From: Lysobacterales bacterium | GTDB lineage: Bacteria > Pseudomonadota > Gammaproteobacteria > Xanthomonadales > Marinicellaceae | Direction of reading: 5' to 3' | DNA length: 64,000 nucleotides | Assembly (NCBI GenBank): GCA_020442635.1 | Contig: JAGRJR010000007.1 | Coordinates: 434-64,433 of the forward strand | Shown: positions 29,613 through 39,117 of the stretch, piece by piece | Layout of the letters: each line of letters opens with the position of its first letter | Numbering within the stretch: position 1 is the first letter of the stretch | Notes under the pieces: generated by a model | Databases searched by the model: none | Seen by the model: the letters and a program-made list of their open reading frames with translations, nothing else | What the model was told of the DNA's origin: nothing | Program-made: the position numbers and the translations under genes

Positions 29613-32282
29613 ATGAACAAAACCCTATACTTGGTCGATGGTTCCTCCTATCTGTTTCGTGCTTTTTTCGTGCCGAATTTGCGACGATTGGCGAGTAAGG
29701 ATGGACATCCGACTGGAGTGATGTATGGGGTGACTAACATGTTACAAAGGATGCTGGATGAATACGATCCAGAATATATGGTGGTGGTGTTTGATGCCAA
29801 AGGTAAAACTTTTCGTCATGATATGTACCCTGAATACAAAGCCAACCGACCCCCCATGCCAGATGAGTTGCGGATGCAACTGGAGCCAACCAAGGCTTTG
29901 ATAAAAGCCATGGGAATTCCCATGCTGGAAGTACCTCATGTAGAGGCTGATGATGTGATAGGTACTTTGGTGAAAAAGGCTGAGGATCTTGGGGTTGAGA
30001 CTTTGGTTTCGACCAGTGACAAGGATTTGGCGCAATTGGTTTCTGATCATGTGACCTTGGTTAACACCATGTCTGATTATGTGATGGATGAGGCTGGGGT
30101 GCTGGAAAAGTTTGGTGTAAGGCCTGATCAAATTATTGATTACCTGGCTTTGATTGGTGATTCTTCTGACAACATCCCTGGTGTAAATAAGGTTGGTCCT
30201 AAAACTGCAGTTAATTGGCTACAACAATATGATACTGTAGACAACATCATTGCTCATGCTAATGATTTCAAAGGTAAGGTAGGCGAATATTTGCGTGAGG
30301 GCATTGAACAACTAAAACTGTCCAGACAGTTGGTGGTCATTAAAAAAGATTGTGATGTGGATTATCAAGTTGGTGATTTCAAGTTACAACCTAAGGACAT
30401 TCTGGCATTAAATGAGATTGGTCAAAAGTTCAACATGAAACGGTTTGCCGAGTTATCTCAGGACGCTGTAAAAGAAAAGGATACGGAACCACAAATTGAA
30501 TACAGCTGTATTCAGGATATGAAATCCTTGCAGCAATGGTTAGATGGTATAAAAAAAGCTGGTTTGGTGGCCTTTGATCTGGAAACCGATTCGTTGAATC
30601 CGATAGGTGCTAACATCATAGGATTGTCCTTTGCCTATCAAGTAGGAGAAGCGGCTTATGTGCCTATTGGTCATGAAACCGAAGAATCACAGTTGGCGCT
30701 GGATGAGGTGCTGAATGCTTTGGTACCGGTGTTGCAATCAGTGGATATAGTGGGGCAACACTTCAAATATGATTTGAATGTTCTGTCGAACTATCATGTT
30801 CAGCTTACCAGCCAAAAACACGACTCCATGTTAGAGTCTTATGTGCTTAATGCTGCCTCTGGCAGACATGATATGGATTCTTTGGCAGCCTTGTATCTGA
30901 ACAAAAAAACCATCAAGTACGAAGACATTTGCGGCAAGGGTGCCAAACAAATACCGTTTGCACAAGTTTCAATTAAGGATGCCACCCAATATGCTGCTGA
31001 AGATGCTGACATCACTTTGCAGTTGCATCATGAGTTATGGGGTCAATTAGAACAAACCGAACAAAGGCCAATCTATACCGAGGTAGAAATGCCTTTAGTT
31101 GCTGTGTTGGCTGCGATGGAACAAACGGGAGTATTGATTGATCGTGTAGAACTAGCTCGGCAAAGTAAGCATTTGGAACTGAGCATGAACAAGTTGCAAC
31201 TAAAAGCTTATGAGCTGGCTGGCAAGGAATTTAATCTCGGTTCGCCCAAGCAGTTACAGGAAATTTTGTTTGAAGAACAGGGTATCCCAGTGTTGAAGAA
31301 AACTGCAACCGGACAAGCATCAACGGCAGAAGATGTGTTGCAGGATTTGTCTGCAGATTATGAATTGCCAGCAGTGATTCTGGAATACCGCTCATTGAGT
31401 AAACTAAAAAGCACATATACCGATAAGCTGCCTCTGGAAATCAATGAAAAAACCGGTCGGGTTCACACTTCATATCATCAGGCAGTGGCCATCACCGGAC
31501 GATTGTCTTCATCGAATCCAAATTTACAAAACATACCGATTCGAACTGAAGAAGGTCGTAAGGTCAGAAAAGCATTTGTGGCACCGCAAGGCTGGCAACT
31601 GTTGGCAGCTGACTATTCACAGATTGAATTGCGTATCATGGCTCATTTGTCACAAGACGAGAATTTATTACAAGCCTTTAACGAAGGCGTGGATGTGCAC
31701 AGCCAAACCGCTTCGCAAGTTTTTGATACCCCTTTGGATGAAGTAAGCGGTGAGCAAAGAAGGGCGGCCAAAGCCATCAATTTTGGATTGATGTATGGCA
31801 TGAGTGCGTTTGGTTTGAGCAAGCAGTTACACATCAGTCGCAAGGAAGCTTCCAATTATATGAAACAGTATTTTTCGCAATACCCCAATGTTAAAGCCTT
31901 TATTGACTCAGTGAAAGAAAAAGCAGCGGAGCAAGGCTATCTGGATACTTTGTTTGGTCGTCGTTTATATTTTCCAGAAATCAATAACCGCAATGCGCGA
32001 GTTAGAGCTGGCGCTGAGCGCGCTGCGATTAATGCACCGATGCAAGGCACAGCTGCCGACATCATCAAAAAAGCCATGTTGGCGGTTTATCAGGAAGTCA
32101 AAGCGGCCAATGACATTAGGGTGATTATGCAAGTACATGATGAGTTGGTGTTTGAGGTCAAAGAAAATGCAGCGTCTGATTGGGCTGAAAAGATTAAAAC
32201 AATAATGGAATCGGTTGCTAAGCTGGATGTACCTTTAGTGGTTGATTATGGGATTGGCGAAAATTGGGATGAGGCCCATTAA
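29613..32282 (+). CDS. polA: DNA polymerase I
   Basis: 5'-nuclease N-terminus LYLVDGSSYLFRAFF. Motif A DYSQIELRIMAHLS, motif B RRAAKAINFGLMYGMSAFGL, motif C QVHDELVFEV. Confidence 0.97.
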   Translation: MNKTLYLVDGSSYLFRAFFVPNLRRLASKDGHPTGVMYGVTNMLQRMLDEYDPEYMVVVFDAKGKTFRHDMYPEYKANRPPMPDELRMQLEPTKALIKAMGIPMLEVPHVEADDVIGTLVKKAEDLGVETLVSTSDKDLAQLVSDHVTLVNTMSDYVMDEAGVLEKFGVRPDQIIDYLALIGDSSDNIPGVNKVGPKTAVNWLQQYDTVDNIIAHANDFKGKVGEYLREGIEQLKLSRQLVVIKKDCDVDYQVGDFKLQPKDILALNEIGQKFNMKRFAELSQDAVKEKDTEPQIEYSCIQDMKSLQQWLDGIKKAGLVAFDLETDSLNPIGANIIGLSFAYQVGEAAYVPIGHETEESQLALDEVLNALVPVLQSVDIVGQHFKYDLNVLSNYHVQLTSQKHDSMLESYVLNAASGRHDMDSLAALYLNKKTIKYEDICGKGAKQIPFAQVSIKDATQYAAEDADITLQLHHELWGQLEQTEQRPIYTEVEMPLVAVLAAMEQTGVLIDRVELARQSKHLELSMNKLQLKAYELAGKEFNLGSPKQLQEILFEEQGIPVLKKTATGQASTAEDVLQDLSADYELPAVILEYRSLSKLKSTYTDKLPLEINEKTGRVHTSYHQAVAITGRLSSSNPNLQNIPIRTEEGRKVRKAFVAPQGWQLLAADYSQIELRIMAHLSQDENLLQAFNEGVDVHSQTASQVFDTPLDEVSGEQRRAAKAINFGLMYGMSAFGLSKQLHISRKEASNYMKQYFSQYPNVKAFIDSVKEKAAEQGYLDTLFGRRLYFPEINNRNARVRAGAERAAINAPMQGTAADIIKKAMLAVYQEVKAANDIRVIMQVHDELVFEVKENAASDWAEKIKTIMESVAKLDVPLVVDYGIGENWDEAH

Positions 32283-32284
32283 AA

Positions 32285-32355
32285 GGTTTGCTTCGAGGCC
32301 ACTTCTTGCGCTGGAGCGAAAACCGTAACCTCTTCGCAAGCTTAAATGAGTTACT
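32285..32355. repeat. 71-bp direct repeat, copy 1
   Basis: Identical to 32396-32466 (GGTTTGCTTCGAGGCCACTTCTTGCGCTGGAGCGAAAACCGTAACCTCTTCGCAAGCTTAAATGAGTTACT). Confidence 0.95.
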
Positions 32356-32395
32356 CGGTTTGACTCGCTTCACTCGCCAAGGAGTAACATGGTGC

Positions 32396-32466
32396 GGTTT
32401 GCTTCGAGGCCACTTCTTGCGCTGGAGCGAAAACCGTAACCTCTTCGCAAGCTTAAATGAGTTACT
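32396..32466. repeat. 71-bp direct repeat, copy 2
   Basis: Identical to copy 1, separated from it by a 40-bp spacer. Confidence 0.95.
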
Positions 32467-32694
32467 TATTCGGATCATGCGATTTAGCAATGGTAAAAGG
32501 GATCGGTTATTATGATTTGAGATTGATTTTATGTGATTAGATTTGAATAATATTTTTTAGAAAACCCGTTTGATAATTATTCAAATCCTTTTAAATCAAT
32601 GACTTTTAATGAACTTTATAGAAACAATCCTAGAAATACATTCTAAATCAACAATGTCATAAAAAAACTGAAAAAAATATTGACATGTAAGCTT

Positions 32695-32907
32695 TTATGC
32701 ACAGGTAGTCATATCGTTGTCACAAAACAAAGTGTTAGCAAAAAAAGCTTCATTTTTACTTTTATAAAAAAACGTAAGCTATTGATAAATAAGGTTAATT
32801 AAAGTCGGTTAATAATTAACCGTTTTAACTAAGGTATAGTGAGGCTGTAGGCTTTTGGGCTAAAAACCAAAGTTATTCACAAAGTTATCCACAGGTGTTG
32901 TGGATAA
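32695..32907. promoter_or_regulatory. cluster of four consensus DnaA boxes
   Basis: TTATGCACA 32695-32703, TTATTCACA 32873-32881, TTATCCACA 32885-32893, TGTGGATAA 32899-32907. All are perfect to TTATNCACA. Confidence 0.7.
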
Positions 32908-33177
32908 CTGAAGGCACTAATTTTTATGTTCATAATCGAACAGAAAAACGCGTTTATAGGAGTGTATGTGATATAGCAATTTGGTTTTACTTTATTTGAA
33001 AATAAACATTTTTATTTTGCTAAAGCCAAATCTTTTAACAGACATTGATTTGTTAATTCAGAGTTTGATTAGGAATTATTAACATGCCCTTGTATAATTC
33101 TTGCTCATCGCTTTTTTTAGCGGTGCATAAGTCCTGTCTTCAGCTTACTTCATCATGAAGACAATTGATTAAAAGGA

Positions 33178-33393
33178 GTGCAATCATGCGTAATAAATCC
33201 AATTCATATATTTCCTTTTGAACCCACCAGTAAACGACGTAAGGGTTATCCTTCGGAAACTAAAGTAAAACGTGGGCAAAGAGTAGTTCATGGGTACAAG
33301 GTGTTGATTGAGAAGCTTGGCCGAAATGACCTCTGCCCTTGTGGTTCGGGAAAACGGTTTAAGAAATGTTGTATTAATACGGGTCGCTTTTGA
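33178..33393 (+). CDS. small SEC-C/SWIM metal-binding motif protein
   Basis: C-terminal [18 protein letters not shown] matches the SecA C-terminal zinc motif. The start is uncertain: GTG 33178 abuts the SD. Confidence 0.5.
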   Translation: MQSCVINPIHIFPFEPTSKRRKGYPSETKVKRGQRVVHGYKVLIEKLGRNDLCPCGSGKRFKKCCINTGRF

Positions 33394-33537
33394 CGGCAGT
33401 AACCGTCATCACTACCAACGATGATGATTTGTGGTGGTTGTTTCTACATCCGCCACAAACGCAGTGTCTATTCCAAAATGATTCTCTTTATATTTCCCTT
33501 ATGGCACAATAATAAGGTTTAAATAACATACAATCCA

Positions 33538-36339
33538 ATGGATGAAAGTCTGAGTCATGTGATTATAAAACTGGTTGATAAACATTTGTTTATTGATGAA
33601 AAAGGTGTGGCTTTGCTCAATCAATCGTCCCTGTTACATGAAATTAAAGAAAAACATCCAAGCATCAATTGTCAACAATTGAACCAACATTTGGAACTCC
33701 TCGAACTGGATTTACCGTCGCAACTTATTTCTGAATTTTGCAGTGAGTCTGTAAACTCACTGCAGGCCGATGAGAAGCTGTCCCTATATCAAATAATTAA
33801 GCCACTGGCACAAGGTGGTATGGGTGAAGTTTATCTTGCCAAGAGAGCGGACGGACAGTTTGATAAAAAGGTCGCTTTGAAGATATTGTCCAAAGGCCTA
33901 ATAACCAGTGACCTTTTAACCAGGTTTCGAAGCGAAAGACAAATCCTTGCAAACCTAAGGCACCCCAATATTGTGCCTATTTTGGATGCGGGGACTACCC
34001 AAAATAACCGACCTTGGTTTGTGCTGGAATTCATTGATGGTATCCGCATAGATGATTTTTGTCTTAAACATCAATTGTCGCATGAACAAGTTATTCAGCT
34101 GTTTTTGCAAGTTTGTAAGGCCATCATTTATGCACATAAAGAGGGTGTGATTCATCGCGATTTGAAACCAGCCAATATATTGGTTGAAAACAACGACAAA
34201 CCGATGGCCATGGTGCTTGATTTTGGCATTGCCCAAAACGCGGACAGTCAGGAGTTAACCGTCACCGGACAAATGATAGGCACCCCAGGTTACATGTCGC
34301 CTGAGCAAACAGCGGGTCAATTGAAACAAGTCGATCATCGCAGCGATGTATTTGCTCTGGGTGTGATTTTATTTCAGTTACTTTCCGGCATTCATCCCTT
34401 TAAAGGCGACACATCCACTGAAACTAATTTCAATGTGATGAAGCAGGCCCCGCTTCACTTGTCGAAAAAGCAAGTGGACTCATCTTTGATTGCCGTTATT
34501 CATAAGTGTTTACACAAATCACCCACCTGTCGTTATCAATCGGTCCAGGAACTGGCGGATGACTGTCTGCGGTATTTGAATAAAGAACCCGTGTTGGCTC
34601 AAAAAGTCACCTGGGGTATTACTCTAAAAGCCCAATTAAGGAAAAGGCCACTGGTCAGTTTGTTCACTGTACTGGCAGTGGTCGTTTTGATGTTTATGGC
34701 CGGGCTGTTGGTTAAACAAAACATTGAATCAGAACAACACGCTCAGCAATTACAACAATACTTGATATCTGGTAAGGAGTTGGAACAAAGTTTACGCCAA
34801 CAACACATGTTACCTGCTCATGATTTGTCAGCCACTTATAAACACATTGAACAGCAAATTGCTGAGTTGAAAAATAAGTTGAGTGAATCAAAACAAAAGG
34901 ATCTGGGTTATATCTATGCCACGTTGGGTAACGCTTATTTGTTGTTAAACCAACCACAACCTGCGATATCTGCTTTTACCCAAGCTGAACAGTTGCAGTT
35001 TGATAATGAACGCCTGCATTTACAATTTGCTTTGGCGCTGGCACAGCGGTGGGAACATGAATCAAATAATCTTGATCAGATTGCCAACAAAAAACAACGA
35101 GAAGAACATGATATCTACATTCAAAATGCTTATTTGATTCCAGCTCAAAACAAACTCAGTGAATACTTAAAAACCAGTAATGACAATACCTATTTACAGG
35201 CCTATTTAGCTTATTTAAACGATGATTTGGAATTGGCTATGGGATTGGCTAATCAAGCAATACAGCAGGATTCTGGTTTGTTTGAAGCCCATCGACTGGC
35301 AGGTAAGGCGGCTTTCGTTAAAGGTAAAAAGCGCGCCAGGGATGGGCAGGCCGAAATGGCACTGGAGGCTTATAAGGAAGCAGAAACCAGTTTTGAACAG
35401 GCTATATTAATCGGTCGCAGTGACCCATTGAGTTATCAGAATTATTGTGAATTGTTGACCACAAAGATGCATGCGGACATCATCAGTGATAATGTATCCA
35501 ACAATTTATCTGCCGCCCAAAATATTTGTGTCCAATCTGAACGTGTATTGCCTAATCAATTTATTAATGCATTGAACCAGGCCAAAATATATTCTGCACA
35601 AATTACATTGAATGAAGAGTTGCAAATCTATCAAGCTGATGATGCAGAAAAATATTTAGAGTATGCGCAAAAAGCACTTGATTTGGCACCTAATCATACC
35701 GAGGCTTTGGCTGAAATGGTCTGGGCTTTGATTCGGATTTCCGATACAAACAACAATGAATTGACCCAGGAAGAAAAAAATAGTTATTTGCGACAGGCCC
35801 AAAAATACGCTGAAACTTCGATAAAAATCAATGATGAAGACGCCTACAACTGGGCTAATCTGGCAGACATCCACTACACCTTGGCCAACCGTAATGTCGA
35901 AAAATTTGATATTACGCCCCATGTGGACGCTGGCGTGGCCGCTTATCAAAAATCCAATGAATTGTTACCCAGCTATGCCTGGTACTATAACATCGCCAAC
36001 CTAACCAAAATTCAGGGTGACTACTTGGTTTATAAAGAAAATTCTGAAGCGGCAAAGAACGCTTATCAAGATGCTGTAGATTACTATCAAGAAACCGTTA
36101 GGCAATCTCAAGAGTTTTCCCGAGCCTGGCTTGACTACGCCACCACGTACCGCACCATGATTACCATTAAAATCGACTTAAACCAGTACAGTGAAGAAGA
36201 CCTTGTTGAGGCAACCAATGCACTGAACCGTGCTTGTCAATTGTATCAACGCAAAGGCGCTGTCAATGAACGATTGACAGATGCCATTAAAGATTTTCAC
36301 TCAATAGCTACTTTCAAAACACCAGCTCACTGTTTATAA
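33538..36339 (+). CDS. transmembrane Ser/Thr protein kinase with large TPR-like extracytoplasmic domain
   Basis: GQGGMGEVY, VALK, HRDLKPANIL, DFGIA, GTPGYMSPE. One TM (LVSLFTVLAVVVLMFMAGLLV). ~540-aa helical-repeat C-terminus. Confidence 0.9.
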   Translation: MDESLSHVIIKLVDKHLFIDEKGVALLNQSSLLHEIKEKHPSINCQQLNQHLELLELDLPSQLISEFCSESVNSLQADEKLSLYQIIKPLAQGGMGEVYLAKRADGQFDKKVALKILSKGLITSDLLTRFRSERQILANLRHPNIVPILDAGTTQNNRPWFVLEFIDGIRIDDFCLKHQLSHEQVIQLFLQVCKAIIYAHKEGVIHRDLKPANILVENNDKPMAMVLDFGIAQNADSQELTVTGQMIGTPGYMSPEQTAGQLKQVDHRSDVFALGVILFQLLSGIHPFKGDTSTETNFNVMKQAPLHLSKKQVDSSLIAVIHKCLHKSPTCRYQSVQELADDCLRYLNKEPVLAQKVTWGITLKAQLRKRPLVSLFTVLAVVVLMFMAGLLVKQNIESEQHAQQLQQYLISGKELEQSLRQQHMLPAHDLSATYKHIEQQIAELKNKLSESKQKDLGYIYATLGNAYLLLNQPQPAISAFTQAEQLQFDNERLHLQFALALAQRWEHESNNLDQIANKKQREEHDIYIQNAYLIPAQNKLSEYLKTSNDNTYLQAYLAYLNDDLELAMGLANQAIQQDSGLFEAHRLAGKAAFVKGKKRARDGQAEMALEAYKEAETSFEQAILIGRSDPLSYQNYCELLTTKMHADIISDNVSNNLSAAQNICVQSERVLPNQFINALNQAKIYSAQITLNEELQIYQADDAEKYLEYAQKALDLAPNHTEALAEMVWALIRISDTNNNELTQEEKNSYLRQAQKYAETSIKINDEDAYNWANLADIHYTLANRNVEKFDITPHVDAGVAAYQKSNELLPSYAWYYNIANLTKIQGDYLVYKENSEAAKNAYQDAVDYYQETVRQSQEFSRAWLDYATTYRTMITIKIDLNQYSEEDLVEATNALNRACQLYQRKGAVNERLTDAIKDFHSIATFKTPAHCL

Positions 36340-36341
36340 GT

Positions 36342-36893
36342 ATGGAACACGATGTTACACAAATTACTCAGCTGCTGCATCAGGCACAACAAGGTAATGT
36401 GATGGCGAACGAGCAATTGGTGACATTGTTGTACCAGGATTTGAAAGCCATTGCGGCGAGACAACGACTGAAATTCAATCAACCAACCATCAACACCACA
36501 GGCATCGTTCATGAAGCATGGCTAAAACTCAGAAAACATACTTCTGACATCAAAGATCGACAGCACTTTATGGCAACTGCAACACTGGCTATCAGACACC
36601 TGTTAATCAATCAGATTAATAAGAAAAAAAGCCAAAAACACCAGCAACCTGACAGCCATACTTATAGCAGTGAGTTACACGGTAATACTGATGTTTCAGA
36701 ATGGTTGTTACAATTAGATCAAGCCATTGATGCGCTCAATCAAACACACCCACGCCTTGCACAGGTGTTTCAAATGCATTATTTCGCAGGTTTAAGTTAC
36801 CAGGACATTGCTGAAACATTGCAAGTGACCAGTAAAACAGTGCAAAGAGACTGGATCAAAGCCAAATTGCTACTGGCTACCAGTCTTTCCTGA
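36342..36893 (+). CDS. ECF-type RNA polymerase sigma factor (TIGR02999-like, kinase-associated type)
   Basis: ITQLLHQAQQGN...LVTLLYQDLKAIAARQ...IVHEAWLKL and sigma-4 HTH SYQDIAETLQVTSKTVQRDW. Starts 2 nt after the kinase stop codon. No anti-sigma gene is adjacent. Confidence 0.8.
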   Translation: MEHDVTQITQLLHQAQQGNVMANEQLVTLLYQDLKAIAARQRLKFNQPTINTTGIVHEAWLKLRKHTSDIKDRQHFMATATLAIRHLLINQINKKKSQKHQQPDSHTYSSELHGNTDVSEWLLQLDQAIDALNQTHPRLAQVFQMHYFAGLSYQDIAETLQVTSKTVQRDWIKAKLLLATSLS

Positions 36894-36904
36894 TTTTTAA
36901 ATGC

Positions 36905-38980
36905 TCATAACTCCTCAAATCCATTATCAAAAATCACATCCAAGTTGATAAATGTAGCGGTTACGGTTTTTTCACTGTCCATAACTAAGTCACAGCTACC
37001 AGAACCTGTACAGTCTCCTGACCATTCAACGAATTGGTGACCATTGTTGACGTCTACTTCCAAAGTAATGACTGTATTTTCTTGAATATGCGCGGAACAA
37101 CTTTCCCCACAGTCTATGGCTTGTGTTTGTATCGCATAAATCCTGCCAAGGCCATTACCCTGTTTTTCAACGGTTAACTGATAAGTGGGGATCAATTCAA
37201 ACTCGGCTGATACTGTGATCAAATGATTGGGTACGGTCAGTACACAAGTCTCCGCCATGCCACAAACAGCACCATCCAAACCCCATTGCACAAATCGGCT
37301 GCCAAAATAGGCTTGGGTGTTCAAGGTGATTTCTTCACCAATGGTAATGGCTTGTTCACAAACAATTGGACCAGTACAGTCTAATGCTGTTTCGGGGTTT
37401 CCATATATCCTTCCGACACCATTACCGACTCGGCCAATGCCAACCAATGAAGCATCGGGTACTTCTGCTGAACCAATGTCACAATGACCTTGATCATCGC
37501 CATCTCCATTGTAAAAATTGAGTAAACCAGAGTGGTTTCTGCGGCCGGTTAAATCAAAGTCTAATAAAAGGCCATCACCATCATAACAATCATTGCGCTC
37601 CCAGGCATCAATCAAGGGTGAGGTTACCTTTGGCACCAAACGATAGGGATGAAAACCGGTTTGTGACTCATAAGCGACTACGGGGTCGGCCAATATTTGG
37701 TTGTCATTACCAATCAGGCAGCCACTGTCTAGGTTACTCAGGTTGTGTTTTGATACATGGTTGTTAACCCTAAAAAACTGACATTTGGTGACGGTGTTGT
37801 TACTGGCCTCACTCACCAAGGCATTACCTTTATACGTGGTTACATTGTTAGAAAAATAACTGTATACATCAGCAACACCGGCGCCACCTCCTTGGCTGAT
37901 GTTGTGATAAAAAGTGTTGCCAATGATATTGATTTGATGCGCGCCATCGGTACTTGAACTGAGGTTGTTTCTCAGACCTCCCACCCCGACACTGGCGACA
38001 TTATTTGCTACCAAATTATTGTTAAAGTATAAATGGTTGTATTCAACAAACACCCCCGCACCTGAAGCAGCCTGGTTGTTTAACACGGAGTTACGCCTAA
38101 ACCTCAATTCAGTGGTGGTTATAGTTACCTCATTGGTTTTAAACAAAGCGCCACCATTGGCTGAAACCAGATTATTTTCAAACAATGAATTCTGTACATC
38201 TACAACACCACCTGTTGAATAAATACCTCCACCATATTGTGCTTGGTTGGCAGTAAAAACCGACTGCTCAACGTTGATGTCATCAAATACTCGCAAAGCA
38301 CCACCAAAATCAGCCGCGGTGTTGTTGTTGAAAACCGTACCATTTATGTTCAACCTGATGAATTTATCTGCAAAAATCGCACCACCATTTTCAGCTGAAT
38401 TACCTATGAACTCACTGTCAATGAGGTGAATGGTGGTTATGTTTGTGGCATTTTGTGCCCGGTCAAAACCAATGGCACCACCAAAGCCATCACTGTGGTT
38501 ATTGATAAAACTGACCTCTGTCAGGTAAATGTCATCGACATCTTCGTCAAATTGAATGGCGCCGCCATTACCAGACGAAGAAGCGTCTCTCAGGATGGTT
38601 CGATTAAGTGAGAAGGAACTGTTAGGATCTAAATTAACATCAAAAAAAGCTTGATTACCATCAGAGAGCAAAGTCAGGGTTTTCCCCGCAGGTACCTGAA
38701 TATCGATACTGTCACCGAAAAGAATCAGCGTGTCATCAGCGCTTAAAATCAAGGTGTTTAATGGTGCAGGGAACAACGACAGTTCAAACTGAATAACATC
38801 ATCACCACTGCCCATAGCACATTGATCGAAAGCCAGATCAAAACCGGCTGATAGTACTGCTTCGGCAAAGTTACAATTACCATTGTTACTGTTATTAAAC
38901 TCACTAGAGTCAACGGTAATGGTTGCTGACCAGGCCACTTGCATAAAGCACCCAATAACCACAAAACAAATTTTTTTCAT
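36905..38980 (-). CDS. secreted Pmp-like parallel beta-helix protein with two InlB-B-repeat-like C-terminal domains
   Basis: Signal peptide. Repeated GGA[IL]/FxxN units (NGGAIQF, FGGAIGF, NGGAIFA, FGGALRV, YGGGIYS, NGGALF). C-terminal Cys-containing repeats (GNGVGRIYG..., GNGLGRIYA...). Confidence 0.7.
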   Translation of the reverse strand: MKKICFVVIGCFMQVAWSATITVDSSEFNNSNNGNCNFAEAVLSAGFDLAFDQCAMGSGDDVIQFELSLFPAPLNTLILSADDTLILFGDSIDIQVPAGKTLTLLSDGNQAFFDVNLDPNSSFSLNRTILRDASSSGNGGAIQFDEDVDDIYLTEVSFINNHSDGFGGAIGFDRAQNATNITTIHLIDSEFIGNSAENGGAIFADKFIRLNINGTVFNNNTAADFGGALRVFDDINVEQSVFTANQAQYGGGIYSTGGVVDVQNSLFENNLVSANGGALFKTNEVTITTTELRFRRNSVLNNQAASGAGVFVEYNHLYFNNNLVANNVASVGVGGLRNNLSSSTDGAHQINIIGNTFYHNISQGGGAGVADVYSYFSNNVTTYKGNALVSEASNNTVTKCQFFRVNNHVSKHNLSNLDSGCLIGNDNQILADPVVAYESQTGFHPYRLVPKVTSPLIDAWERNDCYDGDGLLLDFDLTGRRNHSGLLNFYNGDGDDQGHCDIGSAEVPDASLVGIGRVGNGVGRIYGNPETALDCTGPIVCEQAITIGEEITLNTQAYFGSRFVQWGLDGAVCGMAETCVLTVPNHLITVSAEFELIPTYQLTVEKQGNGLGRIYAIQTQAIDCGESCSAHIQENTVITLEVDVNNGHQFVEWSGDCTGSGSCDLVMDSEKTVTATFINLDVIFDNGFEEL

Positions 38981-39117
38981 GAGATTTTTCCATGTTAATT
39001 ATTCCGTTTAACAAGAAAAATTTTCGGAAGTGGACATGACAATCATTTTTTTTTCGGATTTTGTAAACGAATGTGGGTGTTAATTTTATTGAAGGGACAA
39101 TTTATAGTCTCTTATCG

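Noticed and set aside
32285-32466. CRISPR array or Spot 42 (spf) homologue
   Set aside because: Only two copies of a 71-bp unit, which is too long and too few for CRISPR. The sequence does not resemble the Spot 42 sequence as I recall it. Only the position after polA is analogous.
32218-32515. Track ORFs 32218-32490 (-) and 32288-32515 (+) with internally duplicated peptides
   Set aside because: The duplication simply mirrors the 71-bp DNA repeat. Both strands are open, there is no SD, and one ORF overlaps the polA 3' end. These are treated as non-coding repeats.
32516-33177. Calling the DnaA-box region the chromosomal origin (oriC)
   Set aside because: No dnaA, dnaN, rpmH, mnmG or mioC neighbours. 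No obvious switch of gene orientation across the site. Only two GATC sites and no clear 13-mer repeat array. It is kept as a DnaA-binding cluster of unknown role.
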